Source: Patescibacteria group bacterium | GTDB taxonomy: Bacteria; Patescibacteriota; Minisyncoccia; Phycocordibacterales; Phycocordibacteraceae | Reading direction: 5' to 3' | NCBI GenBank assembly: GCA_018970425.1 | Contig: JAGWWK010000001.1 | Span: forward strand, 49,004 to 113,003 | DNA: 64,000 bases | Part shown: one piece after another, positions 48,310-55,933 of the stretch | Position numbering within the stretch: position 1 is the stretch's first letter | Layout of the letters: each line of letters starts with the position of its first letter | Program-made: the position numbers and the translations under genes | Notes under the pieces: generated by a model | Seen by the model: only the letters and a program-made list of their open reading frames with translations | What the model was told of the DNA's origin: nothing | The model's database searches: none

Positions 48310-48753
48310 CTATTGGCAGGGATGTCCGTATTTTTGCTTCAAGCTGGCTAGCTTTTTATACTCTGCATTTCTTTGTTTCACAAGCTCGTTGTATTTTTGT
48401 TCCCACCATGCTTCATTTTCGTCGCCGTAATTCCCTATTCTCCCTTCGTTAGCAATTCGTATACCTTTCTCAAGATCGTCAATTCGAGCTTGAACTCTGC
48501 CAATTTCAGCTCTTCCCCAAAGGATTTCTTGTACGTTGGGGTCACCTGGATTAATGTTGCAGTCAGCGGTCTGCGGCAGATTGTTACGGCCTCCAGCTAT
48601 GTCATCACTCGTACCTGACATTTGCAGGATATCGTCTATGATGCCTGCATTGTATGCGTACGCTAGAAGGACCAGAGTAAAAGTGCCTGCAAACAGTGCA
48701 ATGGGTGCTATTGCGCCCCCTTCGGCAGGGCCTTCTGCGGTGATTGCGCTCAT
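48310..48753 (-). CDS. Orphan protein with N-terminal hydrophobic segment and C-terminal helical hairpin
   Basis: 147 aa, AT-richer, own TTGACA-16-TACAAT promoter (48764-48791). Confidence 0.7.
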   Translation of the reverse strand: MSAITAEGPAEGGAIAPIALFAGTFTLVLLAYAYNAGIIDDILQMSGTSDDIAGGRNNLPQTADCNINPGDPNVQEILWGRAEIGRVQARIDDLEKGIRIANEGRIGNYGDENEAWWEQKYNELVKQRNAEYKKLASLKQKYGHPCQ

Positions 48754-48810
48754 ATAGCGAGCAATTGTACTTGCTCAAGGAGATTTGTCAAGTATGTACT
48801 GAATCAGCTT

Positions 48811-49839
48811 TTACTCTCGAGTAGGAGCGTCTACCAGCGCCGTTTCTACCCCCATAGAGGCGCCCGCGATCTTCAGGACGTCCTTATCTATCTTTTTGAA
48901 CTCTTTTTCGGTCGCATTAAAGTGGTTCACCACCGTGCCAAGCGCATTGCCGAGCTTTGTCTGGTACTCGCGGTATGCCCCAAGATGCTTTGAAAGCTCA
49001 CCCACGTTCTTTACTACGTCTTGTATCTTTTCCTCTATTTGCAAAGACTTGAGTCCCTGGAGCACGGTCTGGAGGTACGCAAGGAACGATGTGGGTGAGA
49101 CAATAATCACCTTTTTACTGAACGCATACTCAATAAGGTCTCGCGTATTCGTCTTTACCGTGCCCACTTGGTTAATGAGGAGGTCGTAGTAAATACCTTC
49201 AGACGGGATAAACATAAAGGCAAAATCCACCGTCCCCTCCGCCGGACGCACATACTTACTGGTCTCGTCGATCCGGTTCTTTAGGTCTCGCTTAAACGCT
49301 TGCTCAAGCTGCGCGCGCTCAGTGGGCTCGCGACTTTCAAGAATGCGGTTGTAGTTTTCAAGACTAAACTTACTATCGATGGGAATGATCTTGTCTTTCA
49401 CAAAGACAACGGCGTCGACGATTTCTCCATTCGGAAAACCGTACTGCATCTCAAAGGAGCCCGGTGGCATCACATTTTGAAGCACAGTCTCCAGGTAATA
49501 CTCGCCTAAAATGCCTCGCTGCTTAGGGTTTTTCAGAATGTCTTGCAGGTTCTGAAGCTGGTCGGCAAACGACACCACTTGCCTGTTGGTCTCATCGAGC
49601 TTCGTGAGGCCTTCCGTCACGTCGCGCACCACGCGGAGCGTGTCAGAAAGTTGCCGCTGAACCGTGTCTTGCACGCGATTAGTAGACTCGCCCACCGCGC
49701 GCTGTAGCTCTGCTATTCGCTCGCTCATGAGATGGAGTCCCTCACCGCCGGCTTGGGGCTTTTGGTTGACAATTACGTACGCGACAAACCCGACGAGGCC
49801 AATGAGTATGATGAGGAGCAGTACGAGAAATAGTTCCAT
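48811..49839 (-). CDS. rmuC: DNA recombination protein RmuC
   Basis: N-terminal TM, RGILGE, VDAV, IDSKF, FAFMFIPSE, VSPT; start ATG 49839. Confidence 0.92.
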   Translation of the reverse strand: MELFLVLLLIILIGLVGFVAYVIVNQKPQAGGEGLHLMSERIAELQRAVGESTNRVQDTVQRQLSDTLRVVRDVTEGLTKLDETNRQVVSFADQLQNLQDILKNPKQRGILGEYYLETVLQNVMPPGSFEMQYGFPNGEIVDAVVFVKDKIIPIDSKFSLENYNRILESREPTERAQLEQAFKRDLKNRIDETSKYVRPAEGTVDFAFMFIPSEGIYYDLLINQVGTVKTNTRDLIEYAFSKKVIIVSPTSFLAYLQTVLQGLKSLQIEEKIQDVVKNVGELSKHLGAYREYQTKLGNALGTVVNHFNATEKEFKKIDKDVLKIAGASMGVETALVDAPTRE

Positions 49840-49869
49840 AGTGCAATTATAACGTAGCAGTGTGGAGTA

Positions 49870-49898
49870 TTGACAAATTACTAATTGTAAATTATAAT
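49870..49898 (+). promoter_or_regulatory. Perfect consensus sigma70 promoter
   Basis: TTGACA-17 nt-TATAAT, 6 nt before ATG 49905. Confidence 0.88.
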
Positions 49899-49904
49899 GT
49901 TTGC

Positions 49905-50213
49905 ATGTATACAAATCCCGAAGCAAAAAAGAACGCTACTGAGCGCATTACAAATGCTGACTTTTTGAAACGAAGTGGGCTCACAGTCATTGCAGTCTCC
50001 GTGCTTACCGGTATCGGTGCACTCTCCGAAATTTTTGAAGCGACGGATTTGATTGATTTCACTGTAGCTCTTGGTCTCAAAACGAGTCCTATCGACCTAG
50101 AGTATATAGCTGGTGGTGCATCTGTTTTAGGCATTCTCATCGGTGGGCTTATAATGCGGTTCGCATCTAACGGCGCACGCAGATGGAAACAAGTGCGTGA
50201 CAGCTACAATTAG
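49905..50213 (+). CDS. Small orphan two-TM protein (102 aa)
   Basis: MYTNPEAKK..., two TM helices, consensus promoter. Confidence 0.75.
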   Translation: MYTNPEAKKNATERITNADFLKRSGLTVIAVSVLTGIGALSEIFEATDLIDFTVALGLKTSPIDLEYIAGGASVLGILIGGLIMRFASNGARRWKQVRDSYN

Positions 50214-50240
50214 GACGGACGCGCATGTCGAGTCCGTCAT

Positions 50241-50331
50241 GCGCGCTGTAGCTCTGCTATTCGCTCGCTCATGAGCTGGAGTCCTTCACCGCCGGCTTAG
50301 TGATGAGGAGCACTAAAAGAGCGATATCCAT
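50241..50331 (-). pseudogene. Decayed duplicate of the rmuC 5' end
   Basis: ATG-MDIALLVLLI, an internal deletion, then AGGEGLQLMSERIAELQRA out of frame; keeps a TACAAT -10. Confidence 0.85.
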
Positions 50332-50365
50332 AGATGCGATTGTAGCATCATGCTACACTTGCTGC

Positions 50366-50818
50366 ATGTTGCAGGATCAAATAGGCGCCGACCTTGTCGC
50401 CGCAATGAAAGCAAAAGACGCGCTCCGCGTAGAAGTTTTTCGCGGCCTAAAGGCGGCGTTCGTAAATGAGCTCGTCGCTACAAAGCGCATGCCGACTGAT
50501 CCTCTACCTGACGAGGATGCTGTCACGGTACTTAAACGCGAGGTTAAAAAGCGCAAGGAGGCCGCTGACGCGTTTCGCGGCGGTAACCGAGCTGAACTTG
50601 CCGCTAAGGAAGACGCCGAACGAGTGATCCTAGAGGCCTACCTTCCGGAAACAATGCCGAAGGCCGAGATACTCAAGTTTGCACTGGCAAAGAAGCTCGA
50701 GCTCGGCCTCACTGATAAAAAAGAAATGGGTAAGTTTATGGGCCTTATCATGAAGGAGCTGGGCGGAAAAGCAGATGGTGCCGATGTCCGCGATGTCGTG
50801 GCAGGACTTTTTCTCTAG
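50366..50818 (+). CDS. GatB/YqeY domain protein
   Basis: AMKAKD, KKRKEA..F..GNR.ELA.KE, MGKFMG..MK...GKADG; start ATG 50366. Confidence 0.9.
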   Translation: MLQDQIGADLVAAMKAKDALRVEVFRGLKAAFVNELVATKRMPTDPLPDEDAVTVLKREVKKRKEAADAFRGGNRAELAAKEDAERVILEAYLPETMPKAEILKFALAKKLELGLTDKKEMGKFMGLIMKELGGKADGADVRDVVAGLFL

Positions 50819-50874
50819 TACAAGCATCTACTCTGTCGTTCCGTCGTTCGATTCCCTGCATAGTGCCAGTGGGT

Positions 50875-50903
50875 ACTAAAAACCAGAGATGCTCTGGTTT
50901 AGT
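50875..50903. terminator. Hairpin/terminator downstream of tRNA-Glu
   Basis: AAACCAGAG-ATG-CTCTGGTTT stem, T-run on the minus strand. Confidence 0.55.
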
Positions 50904-50910
50904 GAATCCA

Positions 50911-50982
50911 TGACCCTACAGGGAATCGAACCCTGGTTTTAGCCTTGAGAAGGCCACGTCCTAGCCGCTAGACGATAGGGCC
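50911..50982 (-). tRNA. tRNA-Glu(CTC), CCA not encoded
   Basis: GGCCCTA acceptor/TAGGGTC, D-loop TAGCGG, anticodon loop TT-CTC-AA, T-loop GTTCGATTC. Confidence 0.95.
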
Positions 50983-51078
50983 GCAGTTTTTTTATAGCAC
51001 AAACTGGGAGCTGTTGCCATAGGACTTGAAGAAAAGCCGAGGAATGTGAGTGTCTGTTTGTTAATGGCTACGAAGCCG

Positions 51079-52368
51079 CTACCGCACAAGCCACTCAGCG
51101 TCCTGGCGGCAGACGAGCTCTTTCGCACGCTCGGGCTCTGCCATCAGCGCCTTGACGACGCGTTCCATCCGCATGCCTTGCGAACCCTTCGCGAGCACAA
51201 TGTCCCCTGCCCCAACCATGCGCTCAAGGTGCTGCGCCGCGTCGAGTGCCGTATCAAATGAAAGCACGCTCTCTGGCGCCATACCTGAAGCGCGAGCGGC
51301 ATCCGCTATTTTCCGCGCGCGTACACCAACCGTGAGCACTATGTCAGCGGACCGCGCAGCGAGTGCGCCGGCTTTCTCATGTTCATCCGGGGAGTACGCG
51401 CCAAGTTCAAGCATGTCGGCAAGTACTGCAATGCGCCGTCCCGTGTGCGGAATTTCGGCAAGCGTTTCAAGCGCAGCAGTTACCGCCGCGGGCGAGGCGT
51501 TGTAAGTGTCGTCAATCAGCATACTGCCGTGCACGCCTTCAATGAGACGCATACGGCTCGGTGGCTCCTCGTACTCTGCTAGGCCACGCGCCGCGACCTC
51601 GAGTGGCACTTCAGCGGCAAGGGCTCCTGCTATGGCACCAAGGGCAGCGTACGCATGTCCGCGGCCAGTGACTCCCGGGAGTACGACATGCACCTTTTCC
51701 CCAAGAAATGAAACATCAAATGAAATACCGCGCGGAAGCCTGTCCTCCGTGAGTGTTTTAAACCGGGACGCACGCACATGCGCTTTGGGATGAAACCCGT
51801 AGGTCAGGCGATCGACGCCGTCCGCGAGGGGTACGGCTATAACAGATTCGTCATCAGCGTTAACGACTGCAACCCCTCCAGGGAGGAGCCATGAAAGCGG
51901 CGCCAACTCCTCGGCGCGTACCGCCTCGGGTGAATCATAGAACTCAACATGGACTGGTACCGCGGGAAAGCGAGTCGCCACTACGATGCGCGGTCGGAGC
52001 CACGCAAGCGATGTGGTGATGTCGCCTGGTCGGTCAGCGCCTACCTCGACAATCAGCCACTCTGGGTACGGCGCCCGGATAAGGACGAGGAGCGCGCCCT
52101 CAATCATATTGCGGATCCAGCGGAGCGGATTGCCCCACCCGTTCGGGACTCCGAGAACTGCGAGCGGTACCCCAATGTCTGAATTAAAGCTTTTCTGGCT
52201 CTTCCGCACGAAGAACTTTGGCTTCATAGTGGCGAAGAGCGCGTCCTTGGTGCTTGTTTTGCCCACCGAGCCAGTAACGAGTATGATGCGTGGCTGGTAC
52301 CTGCGCACAACCGCACGCGCAAGCATGGTCATAACTGTAACTACTGCGCGCCTGATTAGATCTTTCAT
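51079..52368 (-). CDS. murF: UDP-MurNAc-tripeptide--D-Ala-D-Ala ligase
   Basis: VTGSVGKTSTK, DDTYNASP, DMLELG, KGSQG.RME. Confidence 0.92.
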   Translation of the reverse strand: MKDLIRRAVVTVMTMLARAVVRRYQPRIILVTGSVGKTSTKDALFATMKPKFFVRKSQKSFNSDIGVPLAVLGVPNGWGNPLRWIRNMIEGALLVLIRAPYPEWLIVEVGADRPGDITTSLAWLRPRIVVATRFPAVPVHVEFYDSPEAVRAEELAPLSWLLPGGVAVVNADDESVIAVPLADGVDRLTYGFHPKAHVRASRFKTLTEDRLPRGISFDVSFLGEKVHVVLPGVTGRGHAYAALGAIAGALAAEVPLEVAARGLAEYEEPPSRMRLIEGVHGSMLIDDTYNASPAAVTAALETLAEIPHTGRRIAVLADMLELGAYSPDEHEKAGALAARSADIVLTVGVRARKIADAARASGMAPESVLSFDTALDAAQHLERMVGAGDIVLAKGSQGMRMERVVKALMAEPERAKELVCRQDAEWLVR

Positions 52369-54110
52369 AGTGTCGACACCGGCGTTGTGGTCGCGCGATC
52401 ATACGGAACGCCGTAGTAGGTCATAAGAAATGTTGTCAAATTAAAGAATGGGTCAGTCCATGTCTCTGAAGCGTACTTGGCTCCTTGTGGCTCAACAGAA
52501 TACAGAAAGACGAGGAACCGCGCATCGTATGCAGGAAAGTAGCCGAAGAACGAGTGCAAGTACCTGTCCGCATAGTACCCTCCGCGTTCAGGGTCAGCAA
52601 TCTGTGCTGTCCCCGTTTTTGCGGCAACCGAAAGCTCAGGAATTTTTTTTCCACCGCCGCGGAGCGCAGTGTCTACCACTTTAACCAGCATAGTAGTAAC
52701 CTCATGCGCGCTTTCTTGCCGGATGGCCTGCCGTGGCGGCGCCCACCCAAGAGGTTTTGAAATGCCGCCCGGATACTCAAGTGAAACCGCGACGTGCGGC
52801 TGTGGCACCTGGCCGCGATTAGCGAGGGTTGCGAGCGCGCGAGTCATCGCTATGGGACTAATGGCGACTCCCTGGCCGTACCCAGCCGTTATGTACTCCA
52901 CGATTCGCGGCGACTCAAGGTTACGGACGAGCGGCGTCGCTTCGCTCGGCAGATCAATACCTGTCTCCTCCGTGATGCCGAACCGCTGCAGGTAGTCGCG
53001 CATAGTAGTCGGCCCCATTTTCTCAACAATGTGCGCGATGCCGATGTTCAGCGATTGACTCAAGACTTCCTGCATAGGTACAACTCCTCGCGCTTTTCCG
53101 TCAAAGTTCCGAATGGTTTTCTTGTCTATCGTGAGGATTCCCGTGTCATTGTACGTTGTCTCCGGAGTCACGACGTTTGCGTCGAGCGCCGCTGCCATCG
53201 TTATTGGCTTCATCGTCGATCCGAACTCTAAAACGCTACTAACCAGCGGGTTAGTAAGCGCATTAGGATCTGCGTTCTTGATGTCATTAGGATCATAGGT
53301 CGGCAACGATGCCATCGCGAGAATTGCACCAGTCTGCGGATCCATAATGATGCCGCCCAGCGTCCGCGGCTGCCACGCCTCAGCATACGCTTTCAGCGTG
53401 TCCTCAAGGTAGCGCTGCACCGTTGGCTCTAGCGCAGTCACTACGTCCCCGCCCGCCTCGCGTCCAGCTGGCGTGAGTCGCTTAGACACATCAGACACGA
53501 GATCTGCCACGAAGCTTCGCGACTTTGCAGCGTCAGCGCGAGAAAGGACTGGGTCATAGGTGCGCTCTAGGCCGTAGCGTCCTTCAAATGTTCTTCCATC
53601 CTCCGCGTATCCGAGAAAGCCGATTTCATGCGCCGCAAGCGTGCCTGCGGGGTAAAAGCGCCACCGATCCCTGACAGGTAAAACTCCGCGTACCTCGAGC
53701 GCGCTTAACGCCTGACCGGCTTCTTCATCAACGCGGCGCGAGATCTCCTCATAGGTGTCGCGCGAGCGCGCAGCAGCGGCCAGGAACTGCTCGCGGTCGA
53801 TAGCCGGAAGCACAGACTGCACGCGAGTGTATGCCAGATTCGCGTCCTCAATGAATGCGGGCTGAATAGCGAGCGTGTAGCCACTCTGGAGCGTCGCGAC
53901 AGGAATGCGCGTACCGTCTTTCTGCGTAAAATAAATGGTACCGCGGTGGAGCGCAGAGCCCACTGGAGCTACATTTTGATCATCGACCTGAGTGCGGAGC
54001 TCACTCCCATGCAAAATCTGCAGCGTGTACAGCTTCGCGACGATGACGAGCGCGAGCGCCATCAGCGCGAGCGCGATAATCCTAATGCGAAATCGAAATT
54101 TAGCGCGCAT
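52365..54110 (-). CDS. ftsI: Class B penicillin-binding protein FtsI
   Basis: GSTMK (SxxK), SLN, KTGTAQ; position in the mraZ-rsmH-ftsL cluster. Confidence 0.88.
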   Translation of the reverse strand: MRAKFRFRIRIIALALMALALVIVAKLYTLQILHGSELRTQVDDQNVAPVGSALHRGTIYFTQKDGTRIPVATLQSGYTLAIQPAFIEDANLAYTRVQSVLPAIDREQFLAAAARSRDTYEEISRRVDEEAGQALSALEVRGVLPVRDRWRFYPAGTLAAHEIGFLGYAEDGRTFEGRYGLERTYDPVLSRADAAKSRSFVADLVSDVSKRLTPAGREAGGDVVTALEPTVQRYLEDTLKAYAEAWQPRTLGGIIMDPQTGAILAMASLPTYDPNDIKNADPNALTNPLVSSVLEFGSTMKPITMAAALDANVVTPETTYNDTGILTIDKKTIRNFDGKARGVVPMQEVLSQSLNIGIAHIVEKMGPTTMRDYLQRFGITEETGIDLPSEATPLVRNLESPRIVEYITAGYGQGVAISPIAMTRALATLANRGQVPQPHVAVSLEYPGGISKPLGWAPPRQAIRQESAHEVTTMLVKVVDTALRGGGKKIPELSVAAKTGTAQIADPERGGYYADRYLHSFFGYFPAYDARFLVFLYSVEPQGAKYASETWTDPFFNLTTFLMTYYGVPYDRATTTPVSTL

Positions 54111-54468
54111 GCTCCGCGTACGAGAGCGTCGCCGGAGCTTGTACAAAGACCCGATCCGTCACTGGCTGAAAGCCGAGCGAGCGCGCGTACTCTTCAGTTA
54201 TACCACTCCGAGCCGCGAGCACGCTGCCCTCAAGGGAGGCTCGCTCCGCGCTCAAGAGCTGTACCGAGCTCTGAGCCGATTCGCGAAAAGATCCCTCCGC
54301 GATAGATGAAACAATTGCATAGCCATAGAGGACGCACGACAAAAGTATGAACGCTCCGGCCGTACACACCGCGATTCGCTCGCGCTTTAAAGGGTCTGCA
54401 ATCGGCCGAGCGACTGCAGTGAACGGTAACTGCTTCTGAGCGAATGACACCTTGGTACGACTAGGCAT
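54100..54468 (-). CDS. FtsL-like bitopic protein
   Basis: One TM plus short coiled coil ending ARSLGF, between rsmH and ftsI. Confidence 0.6.
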   Translation of the reverse strand: MPSRTKVSFAQKQLPFTAVARPIADPLKRERIAVCTAGAFILLSCVLYGYAIVSSIAEGSFRESAQSSVQLLSAERASLEGSVLAARSGITEEYARSLGFQPVTDRVFVQAPATLSYAEHAR

Positions 54469-55354
54469 GTTTTTGAAATATTCTTAATTTTGCTGACCGT
54501 GCGCGCGGATTCTCGCGGGCTTCTCCGCGAGTCGGCACGATCGGCGACTTTGTAATAATCGAGCCTCGCCCCGCGAGCGCCGCCGCTTTGAAGGCGTGCT
54601 TCACGATACGATCCTCGTTCGAATGAAAGCTGATGATGGCAACGCGTCCTCCCGGCGCAAGCAGGTCAAGCGCGGCAGCAATACCATCCTGAAGCGCACC
54701 CAACTCATCATTGACCGCGACGCGGAGTGCTTGAAACACTTTAGTCGCGGGGTGTATCCGGCCCCGGCGCGCGAGCGCGGGTACAGCCGCCCACACGATC
54801 TCCGCTAGTTGCTTTGCGGTCTCTATCGCATGCACCTTTCGAGCTTCAACAATCGCGCGCGCAATGCGGCCGGGAAAGCGCTCGCCGTTCTCTTTAAAGA
54901 GCGCGGCAAGCTCCGCTTCTTTCATATCGCGGACGATGTCTCGCGCCGTCAGCTGGTATGCCTCGGGTGCAGCGTTCAGCGTCATGAGGAGCGGCGCATC
55001 TTCCTTGAAGGAAAGTCCGCGGCCTGAGTCGAGCTGTCCCGCATGCCATCCGAGGTCAAAAAGTATGCCGTCCGCACTGGTGATACCCGCGCGTTCAGCG
55101 TGTTCTTTGAGTGCGCGAAAGTTTCCGTTCACAAAAATGAGATGCGCCGGCGCTCCGGCGGTTGCCTCGCGAGCGCGCGTGATCGATGCCGGGTCAGCGT
55201 CGAGCGCGAGTACCGTTCCGCGCTCGCCTACGGCCTCGGCAAGTGCGCGAGTATGTCCACCCTGCCCCGCCGTTGCGTCGATGACAACCGCTTTCTGCTT
55301 GAGCTCGAGCCCCTTGATCGATTCCTGCATAAGAACGGTTGTGTGGCGCTCCAT
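54461..55354 (-). CDS. rsmH: 16S rRNA m4C1402 methyltransferase
   Basis: DATAGQGGH, FDLG, FQALRVAVN, ISFHS.EDR, NPRARSAKLR. Confidence 0.95.
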   Translation of the reverse strand: MERHTTVLMQESIKGLELKQKAVVIDATAGQGGHTRALAEAVGERGTVLALDADPASITRAREATAGAPAHLIFVNGNFRALKEHAERAGITSADGILFDLGWHAGQLDSGRGLSFKEDAPLLMTLNAAPEAYQLTARDIVRDMKEAELAALFKENGERFPGRIARAIVEARKVHAIETAKQLAEIVWAAVPALARRGRIHPATKVFQALRVAVNDELGALQDGIAAALDLLAPGGRVAIISFHSNEDRIVKHAFKAAALAGRGSIITKSPIVPTRGEARENPRARSAKLRIFQKHA

Positions 55355-55358
55355 ACGG

Positions 55359-55793
55359 TTATAGCGCGCCTACCGCGCTCAGTCTCTCGGCCATCTGCTC
55401 ACCCTCGCCTTCAATACGCTTTGTGTACTTGGTCCAGGCCGCATGGTCCCACACCTCAACACGGTCACCGACACCTGCAAACACCACCTTGCTTGAAAGC
55501 TGGGCAAATTGCTTGAGATGCTCTGGGATCAGGACTCTGCCTGAAGCATCAGCCGCGAGCGGTGCCGCGCCTGAGAGAAGAAAACGAACAAATCCACGCG
55601 AGTCGCCTGCTCCCATTGATAGCGTGGCAGTTTTTGCAAGGATCGCCTTCCATGAAGCTGCGGAGTAGATGCACAAGCATTGATCAAGGCCGCGTGTAAT
55701 CACCGCACCTTTCCCAAGCTGTGTACGGAAGGACGCGGGGAGCGACAGTCTCTTTTTCTCGTCGAGCGTGTGCGTGTACTCGCCGATCAGCAT
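55359..55793 (-). CDS. mraZ: Transcriptional regulator MraZ
   Basis: MLIGEYTHTLDEKKR, DASGRVLIP, VEVWD; start ATG 55793. Confidence 0.95.
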   Translation of the reverse strand: MLIGEYTHTLDEKKRLSLPASFRTQLGKGAVITRGLDQCLCIYSAASWKAILAKTATLSMGAGDSRGFVRFLLSGAAPLAADASGRVLIPEHLKQFAQLSSKVVFAGVGDRVEVWDHAAWTKYTKRIEGEGEQMAERLSAVGAL

Positions 55794-55805
55794 GTTTCTA
55801 GTATA

Positions 55806-55872
55806 TCCCACTTTATCCCACTTCGTGCCACGAACCGCCACTTATCCCCAGAAATATGCCACTCTTTCCCAA
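55806..55872 (-). promoter_or_regulatory. MraZ-binding repeat array
   Basis: GTGG/TGGG boxes at about 10-nt period (CCAC at 55808, 55818, 55828, 55838, 55859; variants at 55848, 55869) next to the -10 TATACT. Confidence 0.8.
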
Positions 55873-55933
55873 TACAAAAACGCCTGTCTACCGCAGACCG
55901 CCTCGAAGCGCGATTCGCGCGCCAAATACTCAG

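Larger units (their letters stand above)
49697..50298. repeat. Direct repeat pair 49697-49754 / 50241-50298 (58 nt, 2 mismatches)
   Basis: GCGCGCTGTAGCTCTGCTATTCGCTCGCTCATGAG(A/C)TGGAGTCC(C/T)TCACCGCCGGCTT. Confidence 0.93.

Noticed and set aside
50911-51078. Integrative element at tRNA-Glu
   Set aside because: No direct repeat of the tRNA 3' end and no integrase in the window; flanks are core genes
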